NCBI GenBank assembly: GCA_025201805.1
Contig: MU619256.1
Location: 118,343-182,342, forward strand
From: Parasitella parasitica NRRL 2501
Taxonomy: Eukaryota; Fungi; Mucoromycota
DNA: 64,000 nt
Direction: 5' to 3'
The stretch's first letter is position 1. The number at the start of each line of letters is the position of its first letter. Below are positions 39,602 through 53,424 of the stretch, in pieces. Made by a program: the position numbers and the translations under genes. The notes under the pieces are model-generated. The model ran no database searches, was not told where the DNA came from, and saw only the letters and a program-made list of their open reading frames with translations.

Positions 39602-42473
39602 ATGTCAAACGAGGAAAAGATCGAAGTTCGATCTGATGTCAAGCCAGAAGATGAAAAGAAAGAGGATGTCCAGTTTGAGGACCATGAGCATGTTGAACAT
39701 GAAGATGAAATATCTCCAGAGCTAGAGCTGTTATTGCACACGGATCCTGCCACTGGTTTGTCCGATACAGAAGTCGCTGAGCGCACTGAAAAGTTTGGTT
39801 TAAACGAGTTGCCTGAAAGAAGACAGAATCCCATCATCAAATTCTTGCTGTATTTCACCGGCCCTATTGCTTACTTGATTGAAATCGCCTGTATCATTGC
39901 TGCTGTCGTAGGTGATTGGCTTGATTTCGGTATCATCTTGGCCCTCTTGTTCATCAACGCCTTGATCGGTTTCATTGAAGAAGCAAAGGCTGAATCAGCC
40001 CTGGATGCACTCCGCCAGACTCTGGCTCTCAAAACAAGATGTTGGAGAAACAGCGAGCTTATAGAAATCAATGTCAAGGAACTTGTTCCAGGCGATATCA
40101 TTGTCCTTCGTATAGGTGACATTGTTCCGGCTGACGCTAAGCTTCTTGGCCTTGGTGTGAATGGTGAAGTCAATGAAACTGAACTTCAGATTGATCAATC
40201 TGCTCTCACTGGTGAATCTCTCCCTGTCTCCAAGAAGAAGGGCTCCACTGTATTTTCTTCTAGTATCGTCAAACAAGGTCAAAACTTGGCTGTAGTTACC
40301 AAGACTGGTGTCAACACATTCATTGGTCGTGCTGCCAATCTGATTGCTATCACTAATGAAGAAGGCCATTTCCAAAAGATTATTGGCAAAATCGGCAACG
40401 TCTTGATTTGGTCTACCGTTGTCCTTGTGCTCATCATCCTCATCTATCAGCTTGTTCGTTTCCGCGGCACGCCTGCCGGTGACTGGAGAGAGGTGCTTGA
40501 ACACTGTCTTGTATTGACGGTTGCTGCTATTCCTGTTGGTTTGCCTACTGTTATGTCTGTAACTATGGCTCTTGGTGCTAAACAACTTGCGCAAAAGCAG
40601 GTTATTGTGAAGCGTCTTACTGCTGTTGAGGAGCTGGCTTCTGTTTCTGTCCTCTGCTCTGACAAAACCGGTACATTGACATTGAATGAATTGACCTTTG
40701 ACGAGCCTTGGTTGTCTGGTGATTACACTGCTGATGACATTCTCCTTTACTCTTACCTTGCTGCAGAATCCGGTGCTAACGACCCTATTGAATTTGCCGT
40801 CCGTCGTGCTGCTGAAGGTTCTCTTGAAGTGCTCAAAAATCGCCCTCCCAAGTCTTTGGGTGTTCCTGGCTACAAGGTCACCGCCTTCCAACCTTTCAAT
40901 CCTACGACCAAGATGACAGAAGCTACTATTCTTGATTTAGCTACGAACCAATCGTTCCGTGTTGCTAAAGGTGCTCCTCAAGTCATTACTAAACTCGCTG
41001 GTGGTAGCAATGATGCCGTTAATGCCGTAAACTCTTTAGCTCGCCGTGGTCTTCGTGCTCTTGGTGTTGCCAAGACTGTTCCTGGTGACATGAACAAGTT
41101 TGAGCTTGTTGGTATGATCTCTCTTTTGGATCCTCCCCGTCCTGATTCTGCTGCCACTATTCGCGACTGTAATATTCTTGGTGTTGATGTCAAGATGATT
41201 ACAGGTGATCAGCTCATTATTGCAAAGGAAGTCGGTGCTCGTCTTGGTATGGGCCGTGTTATCCTGGATGCCAACCATTTGGTAGACCCTAGCAAGACTG
41301 AGGAAGAAGTTACTGAACACTGTCGCCGTGCTGATGGTTTTGCTCAGGTTATCCCTGAGCACAAGTATCGTGTTGTTGAACTGCTGCAAAACAAGGGTTA
41401 CTTGGTTGGTATGACTGGTGATGGTGTCAATGATGCTCCTGCTTTGAAGAAGGCTAACGTCGGTATTGCTGTTGAGGGTTGTACTGACGCTGCTCGCTCT
41501 GCTGCTGATATTGTGTTGCTTGCTCCCGGTTTGTCTACTATTATTGACGGTGTAAAGACTTCTCGTGCCATCTTCCAGCGTCTCCGTTCCTATGCTCTTT
41601 ATCGTATCACTTCGACCATCCATTTCTTGCTCTTCATGTTTATCATTACCTTGGTTGAAAACTGGAATATGCCTGCTATCTTGCTGATTATGATTTGTGT
41701 CTTGGTAAGTTTTATTTTCGTCTTATATCATTATCATTTCGCATACTCATGTGTGCTTGCTTATAGAATGATGCTGCTACTTTGGTCATTTCTGTTGATA
41801 ACACCGAAATCTCTGAGCGCCCTGACAAGTGGAGAATTGGCCAACTGCTTACCATGTCTACTGTTTTGGCTGTCCTTCTTACTGCTCTTTCATTTGCCCA
41901 CTTTTACGTTGCTCGTGATGTATTCCATGTTACTCCTTACGAGTTGCATTCCATCATGTACCTTCATATTTCTTCCGGTAAGGATTCCCCATTTCGACTA
42001 GTATATATATATATGTGTACCGGATTCTAACATTTTTCCTATTCAAACTATAAGCTCCCCACTTTGTCATCTTCTCTACCCGTGTTCCTGGCTACTGGTA
42101 CAAGAATATACCCCATTGGATCTTTACTGTTTGTATCCTTGCTACCCAAGTCCTTGCCTTGTTTTTCTCTGTTTATGGCATTTTTGGTGAGAAGGAAGAA
42201 GTTGCTCCCTGTGGTTGGCCTTGGGGTATTGCTGTCCTTGGTATTTCATTAGTTTACTTTATGCTTCTTGACGTTGTCAAGGTCTGGCTTTTCCGCAGAT
42301 GGAGCTTCGAGCTCACTGCAAAGTTATCTCCAACTCCAAAGCGCAAAGCCAAGCTCGCTCTTCGTGGCAAAGAGGCCCTTCACAAAGAACGTTTGGAAGC
42401 TTCCTGGAAGAAGGTCATTGATCCTGTTGAGGCTCATCAAATTGTCGCCGCTTTCAAGCTTGCTTCTCAATAA
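39602..42473 (+). CDS. PMA1: Plasma-membrane P3A H+-ATPase, 3 exons
   Basis: IDQSALTGESLP, IPVGLP, LCSDKTGTLT, KGAP, DPPRPD, MITGD, MTGDGVNDAPALKKA, IFQRLRSY; strong codon bias. Confidence 0.96.
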
Positions 42474-43850
42474 GAAAGCAATAATAATAATGATTATTGA
42501 GGAGGATATCCTTTTAAACAGCTTTACTTTTATCGTTATTATCATCTAATTCGCCCTACTTTTTATTATATATACTACACTACAATTTACACTGTCTTTT
42601 TATTGCCGTCAATTCTTCTCTCTTTTTCGTTCCGTTACCCTATTCTTGTGTGTATCTAGTCTCCAAAAAATGATTATATTTTATATATAAAAATCCTAAA
42701 TTCTTTCCCTGAATTTTTGAATGTCATGTATACACTACATAATCTAAGTAGTTCAAAACTAGTGGTAATGTATTGTTCTATCATGTAATGATTTTTTTTT
42801 TTTTTTTGCAGATGGCGGTTGCTTTCCTTTTTGGCTTGGTCACACTTGCATACACAGATCTCTATAGATTCTTAAGAACTGTACCTACATCCTCCAAACC
42901 AAGTTACTCGAATTGCATTGCCTTGCCAAGTGCCGTATTAGGGAATACACAATTTAGAGCATGTGGCCATCATGATGAGTACATCCTTTTGTACATTTGT
43001 ACTGCAGAAGAAGCAGAAAGCGGATCAACGCTGGATAGAGGCAAGATAATGTATTGTAATTAAGCTTTTGGTCACAGAAGCTGCGAGGTTCATGAAGTAG
43101 CTATCCTAATAACATGCAAATAATGTACAGTACTACCGTATTATCAAAAGAACTAATACTATTCAACATTCACCAATTACTATCATAAGAAGCGCGCTTA
43201 TGTGGGGAAAAAAAAAGATTGGTATCCACAACAGAGGCCTTAGTTCGAGCCCCAAGGTGGTAACATTTTATTCCGTCCTATTTGGTTTTATCACTGTTGC
43301 GTAGCCATATTTGTAGTAAGCGAAACGAACGAAGAAAATTTTCAACTTCGGGACAACCTTCAGGGTGCTTTTTAGGTGGGGATTAAGAGTAAGAACCAAG
43401 TATACAGGCTAATACTAGTATGATAACTCTATCTGATTACGTTTTTGGATTGTCGATATTTAAGTTTGCTGTGGAGCATATGGTCCTATACAAAATACCA
43501 AATCTCACAACTCGTACCCAGCTTTAAAATCAAACTTTTACATTACAGCAAAAATTAAAATCTACAAGCAGTTTTTTATTTATTCTTCCCTGAAGTAGCG
43601 GGAAGAACCATCATATACAAATTGAATGTTGGTATAATATATTACAACATGGGACGACATGATGAACGCAATGTATCAGTCATAGAGTACGAGGATGATA
43701 TCTATATATTTACGATTTAGCAGATAAGCTAACTTTATTAAAATAAACACTATCTTGAGCTGCAACCATTTAGTTCGGTGTAATAGATACATTCTTGGAT
43801 GGAAGCTTGATCCACTTTCATTTTCTCAGAAGAGTGTACTATCGCTTTAA

Positions 43851-44789
43851 TTATAATGAAACATTGCTTCGGATATAAGCCCTGCTTTCCAAGTCTGCGG
43901 CTCTAATCGGTTCTGGAATACGATATTGAGGGCAGGTATTTAAAACTATCTTGATAGCTGTTTCTAGTGAAATGAGATGTCCTTGGCTTACAAAAACAGG
44001 ATTTGTTGCAGTGTTGGATGTCCTCAGCGCAGTGCCGTAGACTGTCCCGCTGGCATTTCCAACTAGTTTATAATCATCACCCTTTTTGCAAAGTGATCCT
44101 TTGAATTTGTCTTTAATTGCAGCCATATCATCAAATTCAGACGGAATAACCAAGAAATTCTTTGCTATTCCTATTGTTGGCGTTCGGCATAAAACACCTA
44201 AATGACTAGCAATACCAAATTTTCGCGGATGCAAGAGACCATTTCCTACAGTTGTAATGCTGCCGATCAGATATCAGATTTTCCGTATCGTTACATGCAT
44301 ATGAATACCATCGACAAGAATAACCTGAGGATACAACTCAGGCCTATTAGTTTTTAGCTGATTAATCAGCTCCAAAAGGGGGTCGACCTCTCTAAACGCC
44401 AAGAACCCTGAGATATATGGCAAATATAGCTTTGTGTGCAAAAATTCCTTGTATACAATCTGAATCGATGGTTAAACTAATAAGAAATGTAATTTGAGTT
44501 TGTATACACACCTGCAGCTCGGGCATTTTCATTACGATGAGACATGCTACAGCATTTTCATGATCACCTAAAGGGAAGCTTAAATCGACACCCCCGACGT
44601 GTCTCAAACCTGTTAAAGTAACAGCATCGAAAGATAGGGTATCCTCGAGAACTAGTTGCTTTTTCAGATCGCTTTGCTGTCTAAGTCATGTAGCAATTAG
44701 AAATGCTGATTCGAATTGCAATTTGAACCTTACTGGCTCCACAAAGATCTCTGTTCCTCAGATGGATCTTGGTCGTAACTTGAAGTCAT
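43851..44789 (-). CDS. ENDOV: Endonuclease V (inosine 3' endonuclease), 4 exons
   Basis: [25 protein letters not shown]|[43 protein letters not shown]. Confidence 0.92.
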
Positions 44790-45307
44790 CCAAAATATGG
44801 TTCCAAGGTGAATATCTGATCGTCATTATGTTTGAGAAATCGCGATCCTGACCTTGAAATTATTCCACATGCGTCGTTGCCGTACGTCATTTCCAATGTA
44901 AAACAGACTCTTGTTTCAACATGACATTTGTCAAATTGTGCGCGTATTAATGCAGCCTATTCCATCAATTAAATTTATCATTTTGTTGTCTGCATTTATT
45001 GTCCGGAATTCCCCCTAATCAAGTCATTGATATTAACATTGATATCAATATTAATCCTACATTGTCCCTTGGCATCATTCATGATGGAAGGAAATAGACG
45101 TTTTCTACTTGATTTTGTCCTGCATTGTTTAGCGTAGCACCAACTACAAGTTCCATTTCGACTGCATAAAAGTTTCTGGCAGCGATCCATTATATCATAA
45201 TGACAACATGGCAATGAGATCATCACTCAACTCAAAAGGTATAAATAAGCAGTGAATTCCAACTCGAAATGTACATTATAACAAGAATCTAAATAATTAA
45301 TTACAAA

Positions 45308-45601
45308 ATGAACGCCTCAAAGACCGATGCTAACAAGGACAAGTTTGTTGGAAACGTGAAGGACGCTGTTGGTGGTGCCGTTGGCAATGAATCGCTGCAA
45401 GCCGAGGGCAAGACCCAGCACTCCTCTGGTGAAGCTCAAGGTGTACTTGCTACTGCTCAAGGCTATGTCGAAGGCGCTGTTGACCAAGTTAGTGGCGCTG
45501 TCAAAGGAGCTGCCAATGCTTTAACAGGAAATAGCTCTGGCGAAGCCGCTGGCAAGGCCCAACGTACTAAGGGTGAAGCCCAAAAGGAATGGAACTCTTA
45601 A
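45308..45601 (+). CDS. CsbD/LEA-like small hydrophilic stress protein
   Basis: Two repeats of G.VK.AVG.A.GN.S...EGK.Q...GEAQ; intronless; TATAAA at ~45240. Confidence 0.8.
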   Translation: MNASKTDANKDKFVGNVKDAVGGAVGNESLQAEGKTQHSSGEAQGVLATAQGYVEGAVDQVSGAVKGAANALTGNSSGEAAGKAQRTKGEAQKEWNS

Positions 45602-46459
45602 ATCAATACGCTAAATTTGTAAATAAACCGAAGATGGGTGGTTCTCTTCTATCATACATACTATTGAATAAAAATATAAAGTCTATCTTGTAATTCAATA
45701 AATGTCATTAATGTCAATCGATACCCCAATGAGATAACGAATAAGTCGCAACTGAAACAATCTCAATGATCTGATGGTGTCTACTGAGGCTGATCGATTT
45801 AGTATTGAGAGCTATAGTATTGTTCAGGGAAATGTGTTTTGGGACCAGCTCGTTTGTTTTAAACGCTGGAAAAATTATGTTATAAAAAAGCCAGTAAGCA
45901 TGGTGTTGTTTGCTCAATTCATATCTCTGTTTGCTGCAGTTGTACTATTTATATTAGTACCATGGACGGATCACATTGCGCCATTCATCAGAGTTTACGT
46001 TGCCCAAGGGTAATCTTCTAATTTGCTTTCAACTTCTTTTGTGTATGAACCGCTGTTTTGTGAAACTTCTCAAAAGGTTTCACTATCTCGAATAATTGCA
46101 ACCGGCTGTGATTGATAACCTTATATTTACATCCTTGCATGTTTTGCTGGCGTTTTTCTTGTTGGAAACAAGTAAATGTAGCATCTCAAATTGAAAAGTT
46201 TTCAGCAGAAGATCACAATGGCATTCCAATGTTTTTGTATGAAGAACTGTCATTTTCGAGCTAAAGGGGATATGATGTTCTTTAGTAATATCAAGTCATT
46301 TCCAAGCGAATTGTCTTGCTCACTCTCATAAAATATTATACTTCCTACGGTTGCTGGAGTAATGGTATTTTCAAAAACTCTTTTTATTATTATTTTTTTT
46401 ATTTGCAAAAAGCTTATGATTTAATATGGGAGAAATTAATTTACAACCAGTAGAGTGAT

Positions 46460-48279
46460 TTAATGTTGAGCCCATTGAATAGATTTGATGTCGATGCCCT
46501 CCTGGACCATTTCCCATAAAGGAGACATTTCTCTTAATTTATCAACATGTTGAGTAACTCTCTTGATGACGAATTCAATTTCCTCGTCAGTGGTGAATCT
46601 ACCAATGCCGAAGCGGATGGAACTGTGTGCCATTTCATCGTCTGCACCCAATGCACGCAATACGTATGAGGGCTCAAGCGATGCTGAAGTACAAGCAGAG
46701 CCTGAAGACAAAGCAATGTCCTTCAATGCCATCAGCAGTGATTCACCTTCAACGTAAGCAAACGATAGGTTGACACAGCCGGGATAATTGTGTTCAGGGT
46801 CACCATTGCGATGCACTTCGTCAATCTTGGACTGGATGCCGTCAATCAAACGCTTTGAGAGCTTTGAAATTCTATCATGGTCATACTAGAAAAGACAAGT
46901 AAGTAAATTTCAAAAGATAATAATGGGAAAAAAAATCATGATCCTCAGAACCCCTGCACAATAATTCATTGTGAAAGCCTTACTATCCATCATTCGTTTG
47001 AAGGATGGACTTGGTTCACGCCTCGAAAAAATTGCTTTCATCAAGTAGCAAACCAAACGTAACTATTCACTCCCATTACAGTTTACGATGCACTTTGGCA
47101 CGATTCATCATCGGGTCATATTATACAGTATACGACATTACCTGCATTTCCTCCATAGCAATTTTACAAGCTTCACCCATACCGACTACTAAAGGATGAG
47201 GCACAGTACCACTTCTTAAGCCTCTTTCTTGACCGCCACCGCTTTGAATTGGCTCTAAACGAACTCTGGGCCGTCTGCGAACATAGATGGCACCGATACC
47301 TTTGGGTCCGTACAGCTTATGACCCGAAATGCTCATCAAATCAACATTCATGGTATTGACGTCCAAAGGAATTTTTCCAGCAGCTTGCGCAGCATCTGTA
47401 TGGAAAAATACTTTTTTTGATCTGCACAGTTTACCAATCTCTTCAATGGGTTGCATAACTCCAATCTCGTTGTTGACGGTCATGATGGAAACAATTGAAG
47501 TGTCTGGACGGATAGCCTCCTCTAATTGCTTCATATCAATGCGACCGTTGCTCTGAACAGGAAGATAAGTGACATCGAAACCCTCTTCCTGCAAGACTCT
47601 GCACGAATCCAAGACACACTTATGTTCCTAATCACCTATATTAGTAATCCTACCACCGTTTTGAATCACAAATCCAAGCTTACAATTTGGGTGGTGATGA
47701 TATGCTTCTTTTTGTTCTTGTAAAATCTAGCAACACCCTTGATACTGATGTTATTCGATTCCGTAGCACCAGAGGTGAAGAGGATTTCCTTGGGATCTGC
47801 GTTAATCATTTTGGCAACATACTTGGAAGAAAGTGTTGGTTTTTGTTTGTTTGTAATGGAGTCCGCAGTAGAAGCTTACCTCACGAGCCTTTTCGACAGC
47901 ACTCTCAGTTTCCCAGCCGTACTTGTGAGTTCTAGAGTGAGGATTACCGTATAATTCAGTCATGTAGGGAATCATTGCATCCAACACTCGAGGATCAGTG
48001 GGGCTAGTGGCTTGCATATCGAGATAAATAGGTCTGTTATAGCCGCTTACTGCCTTTGATTCAAATCCCAAAGAATCTACGCAGAGATTTCAGACATGTT
48101 GGATGCACATCAATTTGTCAAATAAAAATCTTACCAGAGCTAGGTTTTAGAGTTTCAGCTTCTTGCTGTTGCTTTGCATTCACAGAAAAGAGTCTTGTCG
48201 ATGCAGGCAATGCTGTTTTGATTGTATTTTTGGCCACAATGGGTCTAATCAATGACTTTTGAAAAATATTTCTCAACAT
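46460..48279 (-). CDS. NFS1: Mitochondrial cysteine desulfurase, 5 exons
   Basis: [50 protein letters not shown] (PLP Lys), [17 protein letters not shown] (catalytic Cys), [10 protein letters not shown]. Confidence 0.96.
46938..47119 (-). ncRNA. Intronic box C/D snoRNA, predicted U6 snRNA 2'-O-methylation guide
   Basis: Lies in a 256-nt NFS1 intron (47141-46886). Box C ATGATGA (47111-47105), box D CTGA (46948-46945), terminal stem ATGACCC/GGATCAT, and guide TTGTGCAGGGGTT antisense to U6 GGCCCCUGCACAA. Confidence 0.75.
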
Positions 48280-50023
48280 TTGATTTATGGATGTTGCAAA
48301 CAAGATGAAGAGGGGAGGGGTCTTTAAAAACGAGTAAATATAGAGGGCTTCAACAATAGCAAACTTATAGTCACAAAGCTTCTAATCTTGTTGGGATACA
48401 ACCAATCATCAGCACGACCAAGAACATCATATTAAGATCAAAATTGACAAACCGGGCCTATCGGACAACATCCAAATGGTATTTTGACTGTAACAGCTGT
48501 ATATGGCATCAAAGTGAGCATGCAGTGAATTGCAGCATCGGGGATATCCGTTCAATAGAAATACATAGCATGGTTGATATGCGCGGAACATCGGCTCGGT
48601 TAAATTGAATTGATAGCTTGGACAAACGACTTGACAGTAATTTTATCTCGTTTTTCTTTTTCCTCATACTGATGGATGCCTTGCAGAATTATCTGAAATT
48701 GATATTCTGACGCTTACCCCCTGAATTTATTTTGACAGCTCTACCATCATTGCCATCATTATAGTAATTACATCTCGGAGTAGTTTTCTGTTGAAATTAA
48801 TATAGGCCGAGAGCAAAGCAATATTGAGTATATGCCCATCTAAAAAGTCGTTGTCATGACCATCAAATGCTTTCATAAACAGCTCGAATATCGCAAGTGT
48901 TTAAAACATAATGGGCTTGTATCTATAGAGATAATAAACATGTAGCTTATATAGCTTCAAACATCCAATCACATATGATTTTTTTGCTATTCAAGGCAGC
49001 TAGGCATAAACCCCAAGGAAGAGGATCTCACCCGTACTGCATGATGCTTAAAGCCATTTTATGAAATATTCTCTATTTACGCGAGCCTGGTCAGCCGAAT
49101 CAGCAAGGGAACAAATTTCAATTAAAGCCCAATCAACTTGCTCAGAGCCTGGGAGAGGGCAACGTCAGGCTAAAATGTTCCCTGAGTATAGAAAACGATG
49201 ATAGGCCCTCTGAAATTACAAACTTTTGTAGCGTTGCTGAAGTATCAAGACAGGAAATGCTCCAATTCGACAATACACATAGTAGGAATATTCTGTTAAT
49301 AGATTTGAAAATCATGCATTTTGGGCATTAATACCGCAATCTCATCAGCAAATTTGAATGAAGCCATTTTAAAAGCAAAACATATGTTGCTCAGGAAGAA
49401 ATACATGATATCGTACGGCCGATGAACAATGCCCCAGCAAGCTAACCCACACCAAGTTCATCAGTATGAAGCCTAGACAATATTTCTATAGCCGCATGCA
49501 TGTCAATATCTCAACTTATCATTTTGTATGATGCCACTACAATATTACTACCAAAATTATTCCTAGATCGATGAAATTTTCAAGTTAAAAGATCAAATAC
49601 AATACAAGTGAGCAATATAAAAAGCAACTTTATGGCTAGACTATAATGCCTTTTAGCGGTTCCTCATTTCCACAGGAATTTATAGGTGGCCTGTAAAGAC
49701 AGCCCTTACAAACATTGGGGAACCGCTCATGAAACGTTTGATATACTAAAGGCGCTGGGGGGGGGGCACTCACCGCTCAACAGGCATTAATGCCATAGAT
49801 TCCCATCTCACTTTATGTCTGAAAGAAGATCCCAGTTTCAGAATTATGCTTGAAAAAAGCCATTTGTCTCGATTTATATATTTCCAATTCGCTGCAAAAG
49901 AAAGGATCAACGTGTTTGATAGAACCTCACTAACTCGCTATATACCAAAAAGATGTATAAAAAGTATGTGTATTAAACGGTCAAAACGTTTTATGGCTCA
50001 ACAACGAATAGCAATATTACTGA

Positions 50024-52046
50024 CTAACAACAATTTTTATTACACTCAAACGGGAAACACTGTATGTGTTGTTCTTGTTCACAAACTTCCACTATTTTTG
50101 CACTGTTATAGAAATTATATGGCGCTGCAAACTGCTGCTGTTGTGTTTGTATTTGTTGTTGTTGTTGCTGTAGTACTGCGGTATTTATCATCATTGGCGT
50201 AAAATCTAAGGGCGTTTGTTGACACACCTCAGTTCCGCTACAGACTTGTTGCTGATGATAGTATCTCGGCGGCTTCAAAGATCGATTGTACGGATGCTGT
50301 CTTGGAATATTAGCATCTTCCTCTCTTGTGTGGCTAATAGCTGCAGCCGATGCCACCGCAGCGTTGGTCGATCTAGACGTGCTGAAAATAGCAACAGCGG
50401 CAGCGACAGCAGCAGCAGATTCATGGGATTTGGCGTGCTTTCGAAGTGATCTTGAGTGAAAATACGCTTTGCCGCAGTTTTCAAACGTGCATTCATATGG
50501 TCTGACGCTTGAATGTGTCTTGATATGTGTATTTAAAGAATCAGGTCTTGAGAATTTTTTATCGCAGCCTTCAACTTGGCATTCAAAGGGCCGTTCACCA
50601 GTATGAGTTCTCATATGGTTCTGCATTTTATGGCGTTTTAAGAAAGGCTTGTACTCTCTAGGACAGGATACCCATTCACAGATGTAAGCAGGCTACAAAA
50701 AAACCAGGGGAGACGGGAGGGAAGGAGAGGTTTATGATTTAATTGGGAGACTAATGTTATCTACAAATGTACAAATACCTTGCCACTGCCAATATGGTCA
50801 TCCTTGATGTGGACAATCAGCTGGTCCAGCGTTGTTGCTGACGTGGCACAGCCCTTCCATCGACAGGAATGGGGTTCAGCATGGTCAGACTCTTCAGCTA
50901 TTTGAGCAATAGTCTGAACAGAAGTGGGTCCGTTATCGGATGAGACGGCGGTGGCTCCTATTAGATATTTCAGTATGTGCGACCAAACTAAGAGGAAACC
51001 ATGTTTACCCAAAAATTTAGAGTTTAATTGTTTCTCTCGTTCGAGCTGAACTACACGCTGAATAAGCTCTTCTCTTGACAGATGGCAAAAGGAGGCGCGG
51101 GGCTCGGTTTGCTGCCCTTTTCTGGATTTTGATTGAGCCAAGAAAGAATTCATGGATTGCCTTCTTGCCTCCTTGTCTGTTGGGTCACACCATGCATCTG
51201 TACCAGGAAATGATGATACAGTGTTACGGCGATTATTAGTAGATTTGCGCACTGATGGCCAACATAAACCTTGTTGTGTCTCTTGCTTCTCGTGATGATC
51301 AATGTTATCAGCACCTTCTGCTTTCAGATGTGGAGAATTAGAGTATAACAGCGCCATCTAAGAATAGATTTCTTTAGTGTTATTACGCTGGTGCCAGTAG
51401 TCTCCGTGTAGACCTGTACTACCTTTTGCTCTGTGTCTGATGAGCATGAAACAGAGCAAGATTCATCATTTTCTTCGGAACTAATTGATGGGGGATAGCC
51501 TGATTCAACGGTTGACATTAGGTCGTTGAAGGTGTCCATAGTGGATGTCTCAACCATGGAGGGGTCTTGATATTGAGGCCAGTGTTGAGCCAATGCAGTA
51601 GTAGCTTGCAATGTTATTTGATTACCAAGTGAAGCATTAGTGGTCATAGCCTGTCCCACTATTTCCGGTGGTATGCTAATACTGTAAGTCGGATGAATAT
51701 CAGGTGTGCGTATATCCATTGATGAACAAACGGACGCTTCAGATAAGGATATGCCATCTCCGTATGCGATTTGCTGGCGGTTAATAGTATAAGCTTGGCT
51801 CATACAATCTAGGCAGCAAGCTTTAATGTTCATGTATACATTTTGCTCTCATGTTTTAACGTATATATTTATACCTATTTCTGCGTTGTTTTCATAATTG
51901 AACAATATTTTTGTGTTATATGTCGCATGATTATGATGCTGCTCGGCCTGAAATGTATCAAGTTGGTTACTGGTAGAGATATTTGACATTTTGTATTCAA
52001 AAGCAGTAGAAAACTGCTGTTCATCAATATTTTCAATAGGATTCAT
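50024..52046 (-). CDS. C2H2 zinc-finger transcription factor (Gli/Zic-like finger array), multi-exon
   Basis: CRWKGC...HIKDDHIG, CEWVSCPR...KRHKMQNHMRTHTGERPFEC, FSRPDSLNTHIKTH, YFHSRSLRKH; Q-rich C-terminus. Upstream exons join in frame; start is less certain. Confidence 0.85.
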
Positions 52047-53424
52047 TTCGCGTTTCAATGAGTTTTTATTCTCGGCAAGTCGATGCTTATGTATGTAACT
52101 AACGTTATTTTTTTTTTTTTTTACCAGCCCAAATGAGATTTTATGTAGTAAAAATTTCAATTCTAGACTTTACATGATTATTTTTTTCCACTATAAATAT
52201 GTATAGATCAACAATTTAGATTTTCTGTATAAATCTATAATTTGATGGATACTGTTAATAAACAAATGCTTCAACATGTCAATGAGAAATATGTGTACCT
52301 TCTTCCAATGTGTATTTCTATAAAAGGTAATAATATAGTCAAATTATGCGAAGAAGAAAGAAAAAGACATGGCGAGAAGAAGGAGAATGGGGACATATAT
52401 ATAATGCTTTCGTTGGGACCGCTTTTTCATTCCATCATGCGTGTATAACAGAGCACAACAACTTGGTGGAGACAGCTTAATAGCGTATACATGTATTGTA
52501 ATATCAAAACATGCTGTGATACAATGTAAGAGTTTTTGTGTAAGCAGGTCTGTTTTTGTCCTTATTTACGCCCTTATAAATCCTCTTTTTTTTTTTATTC
52601 AAACTAGATGTTCCGCCCGATTCAACAACTCTTAATGGTTGACAACAAACAATAAAATAAAGTGAACGGAATCTATTTTCAACGTAAATCATATAAACAG
52701 ACGCTCATTTTCACATGCTTGTCGGCTCGCGGAAATTATGTGTACTTTGATCCGAATCCATTGATGTGCTTCGAGAAAACATCTTGTATATGAGAAAGAT
52801 CAAATTACTATGGCAACAGTTGTTTTTTCGCCCACTGCTCAACCAGGGCTCGTGCGTTTCATCATTCTGGAATCATCTAGTGATTGTTTACATTAATATC
52901 AATGAAATATTGGACCTGTATTCTCCCGACCATTCCAAATTGGTCTTTACGGGGGCGCTGACTACCTTTTTTTCCAGCAAATCCCTTAAATTATAAATTT
53001 ATTATGTCAAAAAGCTTCTCGTGTGATAATGGATTTTTCGGGTTTTCTTATTTGAACAATACCGACAAGTTATTTATCACTCGTAAAGGATAAGAGCCGA
53101 TTCAAGTGACGATATCAGGTACTAAACAGTAGAATGTTTCAAGTGTATCTATATATAATAGATGAGATCTAGAACTATGCAAGCATTGATAAATTTGTCG
53201 TCATGACGCGTTCAGCTTGGGGACTTTTCGTGCTGCTAGTTGTATGATTCCACTCATAAATATGTCTTATATAGAACTGCACATTTGAACTTGAAGAAAA
53301 GTGTTTTTTTTTGTACAGAGCATCGGAAAAAAGAGAGCTAGAATGCAAATGGTTTTCAAATTACATTTTGTTGTTTTTACTAGTTGGTTATTGAAAGATA
53401 TTTTGTGGTAATAATGTGTCAAGT

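Noticed and set aside
39995-41623. Long antisense ORFs (298 aa and 195 aa) opposite PMA1
   Set aside because: Expected shadow of strong codon bias in a highly expressed gene; no motifs.
43650-43760. ATGATGA box-C-like motif (also at ~18042 and ~39141)
   Set aside because: No suitably placed box D, terminal stem or recognisable guide.
13561-48279. RNA-modification cluster (queuosine salvage, endonuclease V, NFS1)
   Set aside because: The genes are scattered among unrelated housekeeping genes; no evidence of functional clustering.
49000-49450. LKPFYEI fragment resembling a hAT transposase motif
   Set aside because: Flanked by stops, with no other transposase motifs or terminal repeats.
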